IMG/VR virus record: IMGVR_UViG_3300007609_001205
Location: 104,834-151,869 of that record
Direction: 5' to 3' (one strand)
Source: a virus
Taxonomy: Duplodnaviria > Heunggongvirae > Uroviricota > Caudoviricetes
Length of the DNA stretch: 47,036 nucleotides
In this document: positions 46,564-47,036 of the stretch, one piece after another
Position numbering within the stretch: the first letter of the stretch is position 1
How the letters are laid out: every line of letters begins with the position of its first letter
Position numbers and translations under genes: made by a program
The notes under the pieces: generated by a model
What the model saw: the letters and a program-made list of their open reading frames with translations, nothing else
Told to the model about the DNA's origin: nothing
The model's database searches: none

Positions 46564-47036
46564 ATGAATAATATGAGATATTTACAGAATTTCAACAACT
46601 TAAATGACCCAAGACAAATCCACAGAACCCGTGTGGATCAAATATGTGAGATGAGCATCCCCGACCCAGACCACGGTGATATGAAATTGAGTGTATTTCC
46701 GTTTGAGAATACAGGAGATTGGGTAAATCTACCAGAGGGTTTTAAAAAATGGGAAGGAACACTTAATGAAATACTTAAACATGTCCCATTACAGGAAGGT
46801 GCAAACACACACTATGTAACAATCGATTCAAAGTTCTTCACACAGGATGATTACCTACGAAGGGAAGGAATCCACATAGATGGCAATTTCTGTGTTGATC
46901 CTGAGTTTTCCTTTCAGAATTTATCCGAAAAGGCATCTTGGGGTGGTGCAAGTCCAAGACCAAGATGGGGTGGTGTTAATCTGAAAGAAGTTGATGATGC
47001 AGAAGAAGAGGAAGAAACAAAGGCATCTTGGGGTGG
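46564..47036 (+). CDS. partial ORF (runs off window), 2OG-Fe(II) oxygenase-like
   Basis: Read manually: MNNMRYLQNF...LRREGIHIDGNF (HxD); TAATATATA at 46543. Confidence 0.55.
   Translation, partial: MNNMRYLQNFNNLNDPRQIHRTRVDQICEMSIPDPDHGDMKLSVFPFENTGDWVNLPEGFKKWEGTLNEILKHVPLQEGANTHYVTIDSKFFTQDDYLRREGIHIDGNFCVDPEFSFQNLSEKASWGGASPRPRWGGVNLKEVDDAEEEEETKASWG
46929..47036 (+). repeat. 18-nt direct repeat (KASWGG)
   Basis: AAAGGCATCTTGGGGTGG at 46929-46946 and 47019-47036. Confidence 0.85.

Noticed and set aside
1-47036. Stop-codon reassignment as in Lak or crAss-like phages
   Set aside because: Known genes are full length in code 11; TAG and TGA end genes at sensible places; no suppressor anticodon in the array.

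Overview
A 47 kb, AT-rich segment of a very large T4-like tailed phage (jumbo/mega myovirus), read in the standard genetic code. The host is most likely Bacteroidota, based on TTTG-N19-TAnnTTTG promoters, a T9SS-sorting-domain gene and an Hc1 histone-like gene. The window holds replication genes (gp61-like primase, UvsW helicase), scattered baseplate genes (gp5-like+CHAP, gp53-like, hub+SleB, gp6-like), ClpP, a J-domain protein, a guanylate kinase-like protein, a DNA methyltransferase and an HD alarmone-hydrolase-like protein. It also has a 9-member tRNA array (His, Phe, Lys, Trp), a lysyl-tRNA synthetase, a minimal histidyl-tRNA synthetase and a decayed homing endonuclease. Headline observation (38.5-46.5 kb): what looks like a phage-encoded translation-rescue circuit that senses loss of charged tRNA. 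(i) A leader peptide containing F-K-W-H-F-K, with a 12-bp antiterminator and an intrinsic terminator, sits in front of a tRNA array encoding exactly Phe/Lys/Trp/His. (ii) A Lys-rich leader precedes two structurally atypical tRNA-Lys genes and a 399-aa LysRS with zero lysines. (iii) A His-rich leader with a terminator/antiterminator precedes a 218-aa HisRS with zero histidines. The sequence elements are seen directly; the regulatory and anti-defence function is inference. All calls are by manual motif recognition, with no database searches.
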